A stretch of DNA of 64,000 nt from NCBI GenBank assembly GCA_951804945.1, contig OX638151.1:69626001-69690000 (forward strand). Reading direction: 5' to 3'. Below are positions 10,831-22,649 of the stretch, in pieces (the first letter of the stretch is position 1; every line of letters begins with the position of its first letter). The DNA comes from Podarcis cretensis (lineage: Eukaryota). Below the pieces are notes generated by a model, which had not been told where the DNA came from, ran no database searches, and saw nothing but the letters and a program-made list of their open reading frames with translations. The position numbers and the translations under genes were made by a program.

Positions 10831-13800
10831 TCCCTGCTCTTGAATTCCATATACAGAAGCTGATTGGAGTGTTGGACTTTTACTTCAACAATGGCAGCTG
10901 AGGGCAGAAGTCTTGTTTAGTGGGTATATGACAGGACTCTGGCACACATACCTCTGATCTCCAACAAAGAAGAATGGCTGGAAGGCTCAGGAAAAATGGT
11001 TAGAGGGCACAGTTGCCACCTTGTCTTGCTCTTTTCATAGTAGGGCCGGCCCTGGAAAGTTGGAGTCACCCCCAAGTCTTCTCTGAAAGGATGTGCCTAA
11101 ACCAGCAGCTCACCAGGTTCTTCATTCTTCAAGGAAGAAGCAGCAATGATACTCCAGCATTGAGATTACTTCCACACTCAAGTGTATACCGCAACCAAGG
11201 CCATACCACTCAGAACATGCCTGATATCGTGTGGTATTTTGTTTTAAATAAGCTAAATAAAGTAAGCTAAAAATACCTAGAAAGAAGATAATTTAAAAAC
11301 TAAAGTGTGGCCAGAAGCATTTCCCCCTTACACACAGGAGGCTCAGAAGAAAGAGCTCTGTGCCACAATACACACAAGGGAAACAAACCCTTTGAGGCCT
11401 TGTGTAAACTCACTCTTGGAAGTCAAAGCTTCAAGAACAAGCAGCGGGGTGAGGGGGGACATCAATAAAATTCATCTGTCCTTGAAGAAGGAATAAAATT
11501 GAGGTCATTATATTGAGATTTTCCTCCTTTCTTATGCAATTAAAATAGGAGCTGTGATATTATATCTGAGATTTGGTGCTACTGAGATCAGAACCTGGAA
11601 ATCTGTAAAAGGGATTTCTAAGCTGTGCCCTGAACACTTGTTCATTTTCTTTCTTGGTTTTCTGTGATTGATGGCCTGACTTCTGGCTCGAGAGTATGCT
11701 GGTCTCTAATTATGCCTTTGGCTACATAGCTCACCCTTTCAATTAGGGCTCCCCGCTCCTTCCTCTCAGGGTTTCTATGCAGCTTCTGCCCATCCCAGTG
11801 GCTGTATGTATAGTATCAAATAAGGCTCCTATTGGCATGAAAGGGTTTAATCGGGGAAAACATTTTCTTTTTGATTATGAAGGAATGTTTCTGAATGCAG
11901 TGCTGTGGCACTAAGATTGTTCTCCAAAGAGCAAGCAGGGTCAAAATGAGAGCCAGCCCTGCAATGCACCACTTTCCCTGTTGACTCCTGCACATAGAAA
12001 CAGCTGTAGCCATTCAACAAGGTGTCAGATAAAACCTTTAGCACCTTAATACTACATGCTGGTAGAGAGATGCAAAATGTCATAATGCCTGCTGGTCATC
12101 TGTTTCAGAGATTCATTACAATAGTTAAATTTTACTAGTCACTCACAGGAACTGCCCCAAAGCTGTAGTCATTAGCAATGCTTCATCAATCTGATGTGAG
12201 GGCAAGAGCTTCAACGAATACCCAGAGTTCCTCCTCTTTTTATATATCCATTCTGGTCATAGCTTTGCATACAGTGATGAGCTCTCTCCTGTGTAAAGAT
12301 AAGTCATTTGCCTGCATAACAAAATAACCATGTGTATTCCTGAGTATTTTTGGATTTGGTCCATGAGTGCAACCTTGAGTAAGCTTTTATGTTATAGTTT
12401 GCTTCATTGGCCCAAAGTGGTGAACAGCATATTAATGCAAATGAAAGATAAAATAGAAATACAATAAATACACCAGAACTTAATGCCCCATGCTGCAGAG
12501 CACTCTTCCAGCAGAGTTGAGAAATTAAGTGGGGGGGGGGGGGTCGCATGTGTGAGCCAGGCCCAACTATCACTAATACCAAGGGTGCCTAAGCATTCTT
12601 CTCAAACAGTTTTCAAATAAAATTAAAAATAAAACCAGCTTCTTCCACTTGGGCTGCATTTCCTACTTGCCATAAGGTTGCAAAAGCTAAATCTGTATGG
12701 ATGAGCTGTGGTAGGATCAATAAGAAAATTACGAGTAAGGGATGGCAGTGCTCAAGCTTTTTTCACCAGGACTTGCTGCTGTTTTGTTTTTCAACATTCA
12801 AAGGCTGTAGGAAAGATGTATAAAAAAGAAAAATGACATATTTTGCTGCAGCTTATCCAGGGGGCAATCACTAATTGCATTGATTGTTGGAAAACGCAAC
12901 ATCCAAATTAGAAATGGATCGTTCTCAACGTTTTTTCACCGTTTGCTGAAACATGCATGCACGCATCAGTGTTTGTGTTCCAATAAAATTAATTAAAGGA
13001 TTCTAATATGCCTGAATCATCCGAAGGAGCTGCTCAACGAAAGATTAATATTCCAGTCCCATTTCATTACTGCTGCCTTTAGCACTGGATTCTTGATAAA
13101 CAAGCAACCAACAGATTTTATGTAAAGATCCTGCCCAATCTTCCCAGCCTCTTTAGCATTTTGTTTTATTTTAAAATCATTGTTTATGTGCTTCACTTTG
13201 CCATCCTGCCCCCAGTGATTAGCTCCAGTCTGGTGCGGAGCTGTAAATCAGACGTCTAGCAGGCTAGATCAAGGTGAACTCTCCACCAAAGATCTGATAT
13301 GTGGAGGTATTGTGCTTCCAGATCATTAAGTTATACCAGGCTTTTAAATTTCACCCTACCTGAAAAGCACCCACACATTCTGGTGCTGTATTAAAATAGG
13401 CTCTTCCCTTCCCTTCCTCCCACCGCTTTAAATCTTGAGTCTTTGTGGTCCATTCCCATCTACGGAGAAAAAGGCAGAGGGATATTTTCAGAGGGCAATA
13501 TGCTAATATTCCATGTTCAGTGGGTCAGAAAAAGATTGACATTTTGGTTCGTGCTGTTGATTAGTGGAATTGATCCCAGATACAAAGTATGATCTGGCAT
13601 ACAGACCACTTAGGATGATTCTCAGCACTGCCAGACAAACAAGAATCCTAATCCCTTGTGCAAGGCTAGTAAATGTCACTCTCTGCAACTAAAGCTAAGC
13701 CTTCTGATAAAAGGCAGAGATGAGATGCTTCCATTTTGCGTAGCAACCTGGGCTTAAACAATGGGGCTTTTTACTGCATGACTGAAAGGCAGAAAGAATG

Positions 13801-15497
13801 CCATTATAGAATGTCACTGCTGATGCACTGATTGGGTACTGTGCATAGAAAACAGACAACTACAAGGCATGCGGGGCTAATAACTCACCGCATTGCTGTT
13901 ACATTTTCGATCTTCAGAACTCACCATGAAATCATTCCCGTCGCCTCTTGTCTTAATACTTAAATTATTCATCAGTGATGTTTCTCTAGATGCTGTTATT
14001 TACACCTGACTTCCCCTCCCCCCACCCTCACTGAAGTCTTCCCTCTTCAAAAATCATCTCTCAATCTTTTGTTAAAAAGATGAACCGGATTTCTCTTCCT
14101 GGGGAGAAAAAATATTTTGTGGGATTTTTAAAAAATCTTCTTATTCACAATTCATCCTGTCAAGGAGAAACTAGAAGCTGCACATTTTAAAATGAATTGT
14201 AAGGAGTTCTTTGGTAGGGGGGGGGAGGGAGGTATTATTTTTTGCTGCTGTGCGTATTCTGTTGGGCAAGACTGGTATATCTTAAAGAGGCTTGGCCATA
14301 TAACACTTCTGCTGGTAGTTCCCACCCTGTTTACTTTGGCAACCATCTTCAAAAGAATAGAAAATTACTTTTCGCCTTGATGTCTGCCATTCATTTGCAC
14401 AAGCCAATATATTTCCTTCTGAACTTATTACAGTGGATGTTGTGCGGCTATTTTTTATTTTTGTTTGTTTCACAGTGGCAGAGGCGATGGGGAGAGGGAA
14501 ATAAGCATTCCTTTCTGCATCTAATATTTGTGGCAAAGATGACTCAGCACAACCTTCTTGGGGTAAAATTTACTATTGTGCCTAAATTGGGGGGCATGGG
14601 GGGGGCTTAAAATAACACTTTCTGCTGTTTGGCTGATCCATTTTGAAATGGCTCTGATTCTGTTTTGATGGGGGGAGAAGGTTGCTCATAGTGTTCCATC
14701 CCAGGTCTTGAACCGGACTCAAAAGTCTGAAACCATCCACCATTAGGGTTGCTGTGCTGTGCTGTGCTTCCCACCACACAAAGAAGCAAACGCCCACAGG
14801 GTGGTACCATGTGATTTTTCTATACCAGGGTGCTTAAAAGATGGCTCCTGGCTGGGGCCTGCGTTGGCATTCACTCTGCAGAGTTGGACCCTTTGTCTAG
14901 GATAGCGGAAACATTAATATGTGAATAAAAATAAGCTGTAAATAAAAATATCCTTCAAAGCTTAAATCAGTGTCAACATATGCAATGCAAATAACTGCCC
15001 CACAGTTCAAAATGAACATCTCCCAGGAGGAAAGCTCTCCTGGCAACTAAGCTATTTTTTGCTTACCACAATGCTGCTGTTGTGGTTCAGGAGACCTGCA
15101 AGTGCCAGATAACAGCCGAAATAACTGATTATTTAGAAGGTGGCAAAAAAAAATTCTGAGTAGGATTTTTGTAAAGCCCATTATGGAGAATAGCCTTTAT
15201 GAGACGCCACAAACTGTGTATTTTTTGCTAACCTTTTGCTAAAAGTTCAGACTTTACATTTTGGTGCTGCAAATGAGTAGCAGGCGGAGAAAAGGAGCTT
15301 ATCTTTTCAGCCGTCAACCTCACATCAAGCTTTTTAAGCAACAGCCTGGACTCAATTCCGCAGTCAGAAATTGAATTCAAGCAAAGACATGTACCACATC
15401 TGTCCTCTGGAAGGTCCCCTGTTCTAATGGACAGAGAAAACCTAATCAACTGATGAAATGGTTTCAGTGCAGATCTGCCCAGAATGGCAACTGCAAC

Positions 15498-16015
15498 TAA
15501 GGCCACATCTGCATTGTACATTCAAGGCACTACTATGGTATTTTAAGTAATCACAATTTTCCACTAAAGAATTCTAGGAACTGTAGTTTGTTAAGGGTGC
15601 TGAGAGTTGTTAGGAGATCCTCTCCCAGAACTACGGTTCCAATAGTGGTTTAACAATCAGTGGTGGAGCATCATGCACCAGGGGGCACAGAGCAGCTGGG
15701 GGCGGGGCTGGCGCACGTCCTAGTAGCATGGGGTGTGTCCTGAGAGTGTGGCACACCACCCACAGGGGCTTGTGCACGTCCTGGGGGCGTGGTGCACTGC
15801 TTGCAGGGGTGTGGCATGCATCCTGGGGGTGTGGCACCCAGCACAGGGGGCACCCAGCACAAGGGGGCTTCCAGCCGCGATGGCACATCACCGGGATCGC
15901 GCTGCCGGGGGTAGTGCGCTCCCCCCGCACCCCTCTTCCTCTGCCAGTGTTAACAATCAATCCATCTTTGCAGAGAACTCTGGGAATTGCAGCTCTGTGG
16001 AGGAAATAGGGTCTC
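15498..16015. mobile_element. Older lizard MITE hosting the 15658-15949 insertion
   Basis: AAAGAATTCTAGGAACTGTAGTTTGTTAAGGGTGCTG and CTGGGAATTGCAGCTCTGTG motifs lie on both sides of the nested element and join once it is removed. Confidence 0.5.
15658..15949. mobile_element. GC-rich hAT-type MITE with 8-bp TSD
   Basis: TSD TTAACAAT at 15650-15657 and 15950-15957; ends CAGTGGTGGAG / CTCTGCCAGTG. Confidence 0.85.
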
Positions 16016-17327
16016 TTGCCCATTGCCATTGCAGGCATGTACCCTCACTACCCATGGACTGCAGTCTTCAGGCTAAAAAGTGCTTTCCACCCCTATCTGA
16101 AAGGAATATCAGGAGGACCATATAACCAGGGGACAACTTCTATAGCAGAGAAATTTGATGACTGTGTGCAGTTATCTAAACATGCTTCATTATTAAAATG
16201 TCAATCCTAAACATGCAACTAAGAAATAGACTGGGATTGGAGTGGTCATGTCTACACTTCAAAAGGGCTACCTTTATAGATTTCTGTAGTCTCTCTTACT
16301 TCCAGGCTTCTCTTTTTCCTGCCCCATCTTCTTTCCTGGTGTGATACGTTGTCTGTAGTTTACAGATGCTGGGCCATCCTGCAGGCTCTCTGATCTTCCA
16401 GGTTTCTCCTTTCTGTTATTTGTAGCAGAGACAGACACTGACTGCAGGATTCCATGAGTATTAACCTGTTATCCTGCTTTATGTTTTGTGAAGCTGTCAG
16501 AACACTGTAAGAGCTATCTGGCTGAATAGCCCACCCGACTTCCAGCAGTGGTCGTCTTTCCCAGGGATTAAACCTGAGGCCTTCCTATGTCCCTGCTGAG
16601 CTAGAACCCTTTCTTTCCTTCATTGCTTGCTTATACTCTGGAGTGTGTGTAAACTGAAGCTTGCACAGTACTTAGAATCCAGAAGAATAAAGATTCCTCT
16701 GAGAATGACATTGCTGAAAAGGAAAACTGACCTATTTGTTGCTTGGGGGCTCCTGGTTGGTTAGTCAGCTCTCAGAAATAATATCCAGCTCCTAGACATG
16801 TAACATGCAGGATCAATAAGAAACTAATCTTACTCCAGAGTGTAGCACTGTCTTGTTTTGCTGCATTGCTAAGCGATTCTACCCAGCTGGGTTTCAGGCC
16901 TTGCCGTTCATTTGCTGCTTTTAGACACATAGGATGCTCCCTGGTGAGTACCATGCTTCCATCTTAAAGATTTCCATTTCAGGGCGAAATGCAAAACCTG
17001 CTGAAACTCATCAACCTGGAGCTAAATTAAATGATGAAGGAGGCCGAGTCTTTTCATCTGTCACTTCATCTGGAATCTGTCATTGCCCATTATTTTCACT
17101 ATATGACCTGACACAGACTGACTGCATGTATAGGGATGCTAAAAAGTCCTTGTTAAGACTGAAGGGCCACGAAATACGATGTGGCATATCCTTGAGTGCA
17201 TGGACACTTCCCCTGCCTGCCACCTGGTCTCCTTTCCTCATACGTGGACTGATGGAAGCGATGGAGAAAGAGCACACAGTCACACATAGAAAATTCCATG
17301 TTACAGCAACTAGGTTCAGCATATGGT

Positions 17328-17547
17328 CAGTGGCAGAGCTTCATGCTCTGGCACCGGGGGGCGGAGAGCAGGCGGGGGTGTGGCTGGCGCGTGTCCCAGG
17401 CACATGGCACGCCACCCGCAGGGGTGTGGTGCGCAGCCTGGGGGTGTGGCACCCAGTGTGAGCAGGGGGAAGCCACAATGGCACCCCACTGGGATCGTGC
17501 TGCTGGGGGCGGTGCGCTCCCCCTGCCCCCCTCTTCCTCTGCCAGTG
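17328..17547. mobile_element. GC-rich hAT-type MITE, same family as 15658-15949
   Basis: TSD CATATGGT at 17320-17327 and 17548-17555; ends CAGTGGCAGAG / CTCTGCCAGTG; shared right end CCCTCTTCCTCTGCCAGTG. Confidence 0.85.
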
Positions 17548-18143
17548 CATATGGTCACAATTCAGAGATAGAACACATGCTCGTCATGTCTAACACCTCT
17601 GTGGTGTTAAAGGATACAGTACTAGGGAAGATGAAATGACCACATTCGTAGGCCTTCAGCTGGTGTGTCCTGACGCAGAGGCAGGTTGTGGAGTCATGCC
17701 GGGTGTGTCGCCGGAAAGCCCCTCCCCTCCCAGGTCCAAATGGGTGGGCAGCCCAACTGATGAAGCAGTCAGGAGGAGTGAGGCTGCCTAGCCAGGCCTG
17801 CAGGGCTTTCTGCACTGCCCCATCTCCTCACAGTTTGGCCCAGTCCTAAGATTCCACAGGCTGTCACTCACAGAGGAGAAGGGAATGAAGAGGGGATAGT
17901 TTTTCTCCTTTTCATTCTGTGCCACTGACAGAAGGATGTGGGCAGCAGAGCAGGGTCAAAGGGAGAGAGACTTCTTCCACTTTATTCACCTCTCCTCCAC
18001 AAGCAGCAGAGGTAATTTTAGGATTGGGGGAAGTTGTGGGGAGGGAGGAACTGTGAGGTAGTGATTAGCAACAGGGGTGGTGGTGATGGTGGACAAATGG
18101 TAGTGTTGAGGGTAGAAGAAGCTGTGAGGAAATAGGTTTGGAG

Positions 18144-19023
18144 CAGGGCCAGCCTGAGAGGCTTCGCCGCCACTGCCAAAGTCGCTGCTGGCTGCCAAAG
18201 CCACCTCCCCAGAGCTGCCTTGGTAGGGGAGGAAAAATAGCCAGAGAGGAGCAGGTGGCAGCAGCAGAGAAGATGGCAACAAACGGCACAGCACATTCCT
18301 CAAAGATCTGCCATTCCTCCCAACTGTCCCCCAATCTGAGGCAACTGCCTCATGGGTTGTCCAGCCCTGTGTCCTGAACGCCTGGCCCACCTGGCAGCAA
18401 GTCAGTATGCCAAGTCCAAAGTTGAAAGTTCGGGGGTCAATTTACACAAGCGAAGTCCAAACGGCAGGAGATGCAGTTCAGGGTCAATCCAAGTAGCCAA
18501 GTCTGAAGTCCAGCAGGCAGGAGACACTCCAGAGTCAACCCCATGGAGGTCCAGGAGCATCTAAGTCAAGGTTCATCAACACAGGCAGCTGAGCAGACAC
18601 AGCACCTCAGCTCTGTTGCACTTTTACACTTGGCTTGCACCCTCATCTGATCCAAGCCTACTCCAGCTGAGGAATCACACCCCTCCTCCCAGGGCTAGCG
18701 AGCCCCACCTGGCCAGCTAATGAACTGGGCTGTGAGCCCTTGCCTGCCTCACCCTCCTAGGGCACCCCTTCTGCTGATCTCCATGATCCCACCATATTTG
18801 TGGAGACAGGGGCCCCTCTGACTCTGGTAATGGGTCCTGCAGCTCTGGTTCCTGTGCCCTGACCTCCATCCCTTTGCCATCCTCTGTGACCCTGTGAGTA
18901 CTTCCTACACCAACCTCTCTCTCCCCCATCCCCAGCTTGCCCCGATGTGTCCCAGTCTTGACTACACCCCTCACCAGGATCCTCTTCCTCCTTGTTGTTG
19001 TCCTGCCTGTTCATGACACCCTG
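18144..19023. mobile_element. hAT-type MITE (core 18144-18369) interrupted at its right terminus by a solo LTR
   Basis: Ends CAGGGC / GCCCTG; TSD GTTTGGAG (18136-18143) vs GTTTGAAG (19024-19031). Confidence 0.65.
18370..19018 (-). mobile_element. Solo LTR (Gypsy-like), 649 bp
   Basis: TG...CA termini with inverted ends TGTCCTGAAC / GTTCATGACA (9 of 10 match); exact 5-bp TSD CCCTG at 18365-18369 and 19019-19023. Strand inferred only from a degenerate reverse TATA near 18621-18630. Confidence 0.75.
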
Positions 19024-19254
19024 GTTTGAAGGAGTTGTGTGAGAGATGTGAACAAGGGAGCCAAGGCAGCCTGTGGTGTTGGGAGCTGAGCTGCTGCCTC
19101 TGCATCAGGGAACTATCCTGGAGAGAAACATTTGCTGTGCCACTTGGAGGCTGCCTCTGATGCTGGGATTCACCTTCCCCACCCCACCCTGCCTTTTCCC
19201 CTTGTTGGCATTGCTGGACAGCACACACACCCCTCCCCCCGCAGTGCCATGACC

Positions 19255-19490
19255 TGACAAGGAACTGCATTCCAAGGGCCTTTCCCGGCTGGCGCAGCCT
19301 CTAAATGGTCCTCGCCATGGCTGGAAAAGTGGATTGTAGCCCTCTTTGCTTTGGGTTGTTCCCAAATAGGTATACTCCAACAGATGGTCTGGTGGTTCAA
19401 TGGTTATGCCAAAGACTGTGCCAAACATCCACATCTGTAATCAATAAAGGTGTGGCTAGCTTTGACCCAAATCAATGTTGTCCTGGGAGT
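19255..19490 (+). mobile_element. Possible DIRS/Ngaro-like terminal repeat fragment
   Basis: AATAAAGGTGTGGC...TGTTGTC resembles recalled squamate tyrosine-recombinase retroelement ends; boundaries uncertain. Confidence 0.3.
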
Positions 19491-21799
19491 CAGGCATTGT
19501 GGGAGAGGAGATGCCTTGTCCAGGCAAGTAGGGCTTACTGGAAGGGGGTGAGAATGGGGGAGAAAGGGGGAATGGGAAGTATGAAGGAATGGGGGCCTAA
19601 TGAGTATGCTCCAAAGGAGAATTTGGGGGACCCCCTAGAAAGAAACTAGTGAGAGTAGGCTAAAGGGGGGATAGTGGGGGCTGGAGAATAGAGACAGGGA
19701 GAAGGAAAATTGAGTGTATTAAGAAGATCAGTCATTGTGGAGGTGGGGAAACAATGGGTGAGGGGAAGACACTCTGCACATGTTTAGAAGAGGCTCTTTT
19801 GAGTAGACATGATTAGGTTGCTTGTCACACCTGGATAGGAGCTCCATGTTCACTTAGGTTTCCTGGGGGGGGGGACATGGATGCAGGAGTTAAAAGTTAT
19901 ATCACAATTAAAATATGGGAAGAGGACAAAGCTAGTTCCTGAAGGACAACTGTTAAAATGTCTATTGGTAAAGTGATGGGCACAGAGCAATATAGTATGC
20001 CAACTCAAATTGCTGCTGCACGGTCATTTGCCTTTGACAGTATAAAGTAGATGTGGTGTTTATTGTTGAACTAGATTTATGCTCATGTCAAATGGAAAAA
20101 TACTTTCACACTATTATCCTGGGGACAGTGGGGAGTGGGGAAGGAGATGGTTGAAATCCCCTTGGGGGATGGAGCAGGGAAATGGGGAAAGAGCTCAGCA
20201 GCCCCTCTGCTGATCCTCTTTCTAAACAGCACCACCCCAAAGCTGCTATTTTAAGCAAAATCTTGGATTTGGTCACATGCATCTGCATTTAACATCGAGA
20301 TGCAGGCTGTGATAGCATAATTGGATATGTTGAAAACCATTTAAATAAAGAGAATTATTATCCCAAGTAAAGATTATTAGCAATCGTGGGTTAGGAACAG
20401 CTACCCTTCAATGTATTTGTTTCCAGTCTAATTCTGATTACCGTTTTCCGTACTAGTTGTGTAGTTCATTCAGACACAGCGATGACCCCTGGGCTCATGT
20501 GAGCTGCTAGCAGAAAAAGGACACCAGATAAAAAGGGCACATTGTCTTGAATTCTGCTGTTCAATATGCTGCGGTTTTGGCGTACTGGAAAAAGAGTAAG
20601 GGGAATGACTGGTCACGTGTCAGTTTAGGGTCACCTTATTAACCCTAATAAACCGGACTTGATAACATAAATCCAACCCATACATTTCTATGGCAGCCAT
20701 TTAATTTTGGCGAAAGTGTTTCCATGCATGACCACATTAAAAATGCAATCTGTTCTTTGTCCTTTCCAGCAGTAGTATTGGGGTTGTGCAGTGAATCCTT
20801 AAAGCATGCTTTGGGATTATATTAATGCACAGACCTTTGAGACAAGCACAGACTTGTTTCCAGAAAGAATGAAATAGTAGCAGGCTTGGAGAAAAATAAT
20901 GGGCCATTCTGAATAACAGGCATTGCTGATGGAAATGACCTTTTCAGGTAAAAAGATATCCCAGCAGGTTATATGAAAGACAGCCCCCATCTTATGTTCT
21001 AGCTAGGCAAAAGTAGCTGGCTATATGCTTTCTCGTGCCCTTCGCACCAGGGTTTAATTTCAGGTGGAGGGTTGCAGCAAGATGGATTACCAACATCTTC
21101 CAGAACTCAGAGGCGTACCTAGGCTCCCTTGTGCACTTTGCAAGGAGCTGTATCGGCAACCCCCTCCCAAGAAAAAGAAAAACACTTTACTGCAATAGCC
21201 ACATTAGAAATTACTGCATTTTATGTGACCCAAGTACTTGAAGCATCTGGAATGAGGGCAAGGTGAGGAGAAGGAATGAAAATATTCACACACCCCAAAG
21301 AATATGTGTTTTTACTAGAACAGCAGAACAAACACCCTTATTTGCATATGAAGTGGAGGTACATAATTTTCAATTATAAGGAGAAGGATGGAAATTATGA
21401 GGTTTTATTTTAAAAAATGGTTGACATTTGAACTCTCTATATAGGCAACTCAAAGCAATTTACAAACAATATATTGGTATATAGAGAATGGAATAGATGG
21501 GTGCAAGCAGATGTTTCCTTCCCTCTCTTCTTTCTTGTGTTGCTGCAGGCTGTTTTTGTTTCTGCTATTATCATTACCTAGCTTAATATTTGTTTAGTAA
21601 TTATTAGGGTTGTGCAAACCAATTTGGTCAAATCTCGTTTCCTAAACAAAATTTAGACAATTCATGCAAAATCCAGACTGGGTTGCCCTAAGTTAATCCA
21701 GAGCAATCTGGAACTCAAAATACTCTCAAAAGAAGCCAGACTCCAGATTGTAGCAAAACATGAAAACAACGCCATTTAAGGAAAATTCCAGGGAAGGAG

Positions 21800-22282
21800 T
21801 GTGGCATTAGCCCTCCTAGGTGGGTCATAAGGAAAGAGGTAAATGAGTGGGAAGTCATTGGCCAGTGGGAACCCAAGGGGAGGAGTTAGAGTTAGAGTTG
21901 GAGTTGTTGGGAAGTTAGTTGGGAGTTGGAGAAGGAAGAGGGAGGATAAGTCTGTGGGTTGGTCGAGTTGTGTTGCGAGAGAGTGAGAGAAACTGATAGG
22001 AGGATTCAGATAGACAGTTGGGATAATCAGTTAGCAGTTATTAGGAAAGGTATAGGCCGGTATAGAAACTAAGATTAAGAAACTGACAAGAAAAATTATC
22101 TGAAACCATAAACTTGTTAAGGCTTATAAAATAAACTTGCTTATTTGATTTAATGTTAACAACTGTCTGGACTCTGTGTGTACCCAAGAGAAATGGGTTG
22201 GTGGCAGCGGGGAAGCAATCACAGTGGTGGCACAGGGGTCAATAGACCATCAAATGTCCGGGGACCCTGTGTGATCGCCACA
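21800..22282 (+). mobile_element. Solo LTR (Gypsy-like), 483 bp, nested in the hAT element
   Basis: Termini TGTGGC...GCCACA; flanks AGGAG / GGGAG (5-bp TSD, one mismatch); AATAAA at 22130-22135 sets the + orientation. Confidence 0.7.
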
Positions 22283-22649
22283 GGGAGGAGAAGAGTTTGA
22301 CTTCGATCATTGAGGGTCTCACCCAACACTGTGCAACCACAGTGCTTGCAAGGAAGAATGTGCTTGTGGAGGGGGAAAATATAGTGCTGTGTCCTGTTTT
22401 CTGTGGTTGTTGTTATTAGTTGTTTATCATTTTTGTTTCAGTTAGACTTGTGAGTACATTGTGCACAGTCCAGTACACTGGACACAGTCCATTCTTAGCA
22501 GCACACATTACAGTGTAATATTGCATATACAATATACACAGTCAGTATATATAAACAAGCACATATACTTTCTCTTTCTGGCTTGCTGCCACTTCTGCCA
22601 CCTCCTCTGTTGCATTTCAGTGTGATGGCTCAACTCTCCTTGCTATTTC

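Noticed and set aside
17756-17790. Other CTGATGA cores as additional hammerheads (also near 9355, 34762, 47136)
   Set aside because: None has a helix II followed by GAAA at a compatible spacing.
15631-19649. Clusters of overlapping ORFs on both strands
   Set aside because: They coincide with GC-rich MITEs and an LTR, where stop codons are rare; no protein similarity recognised.
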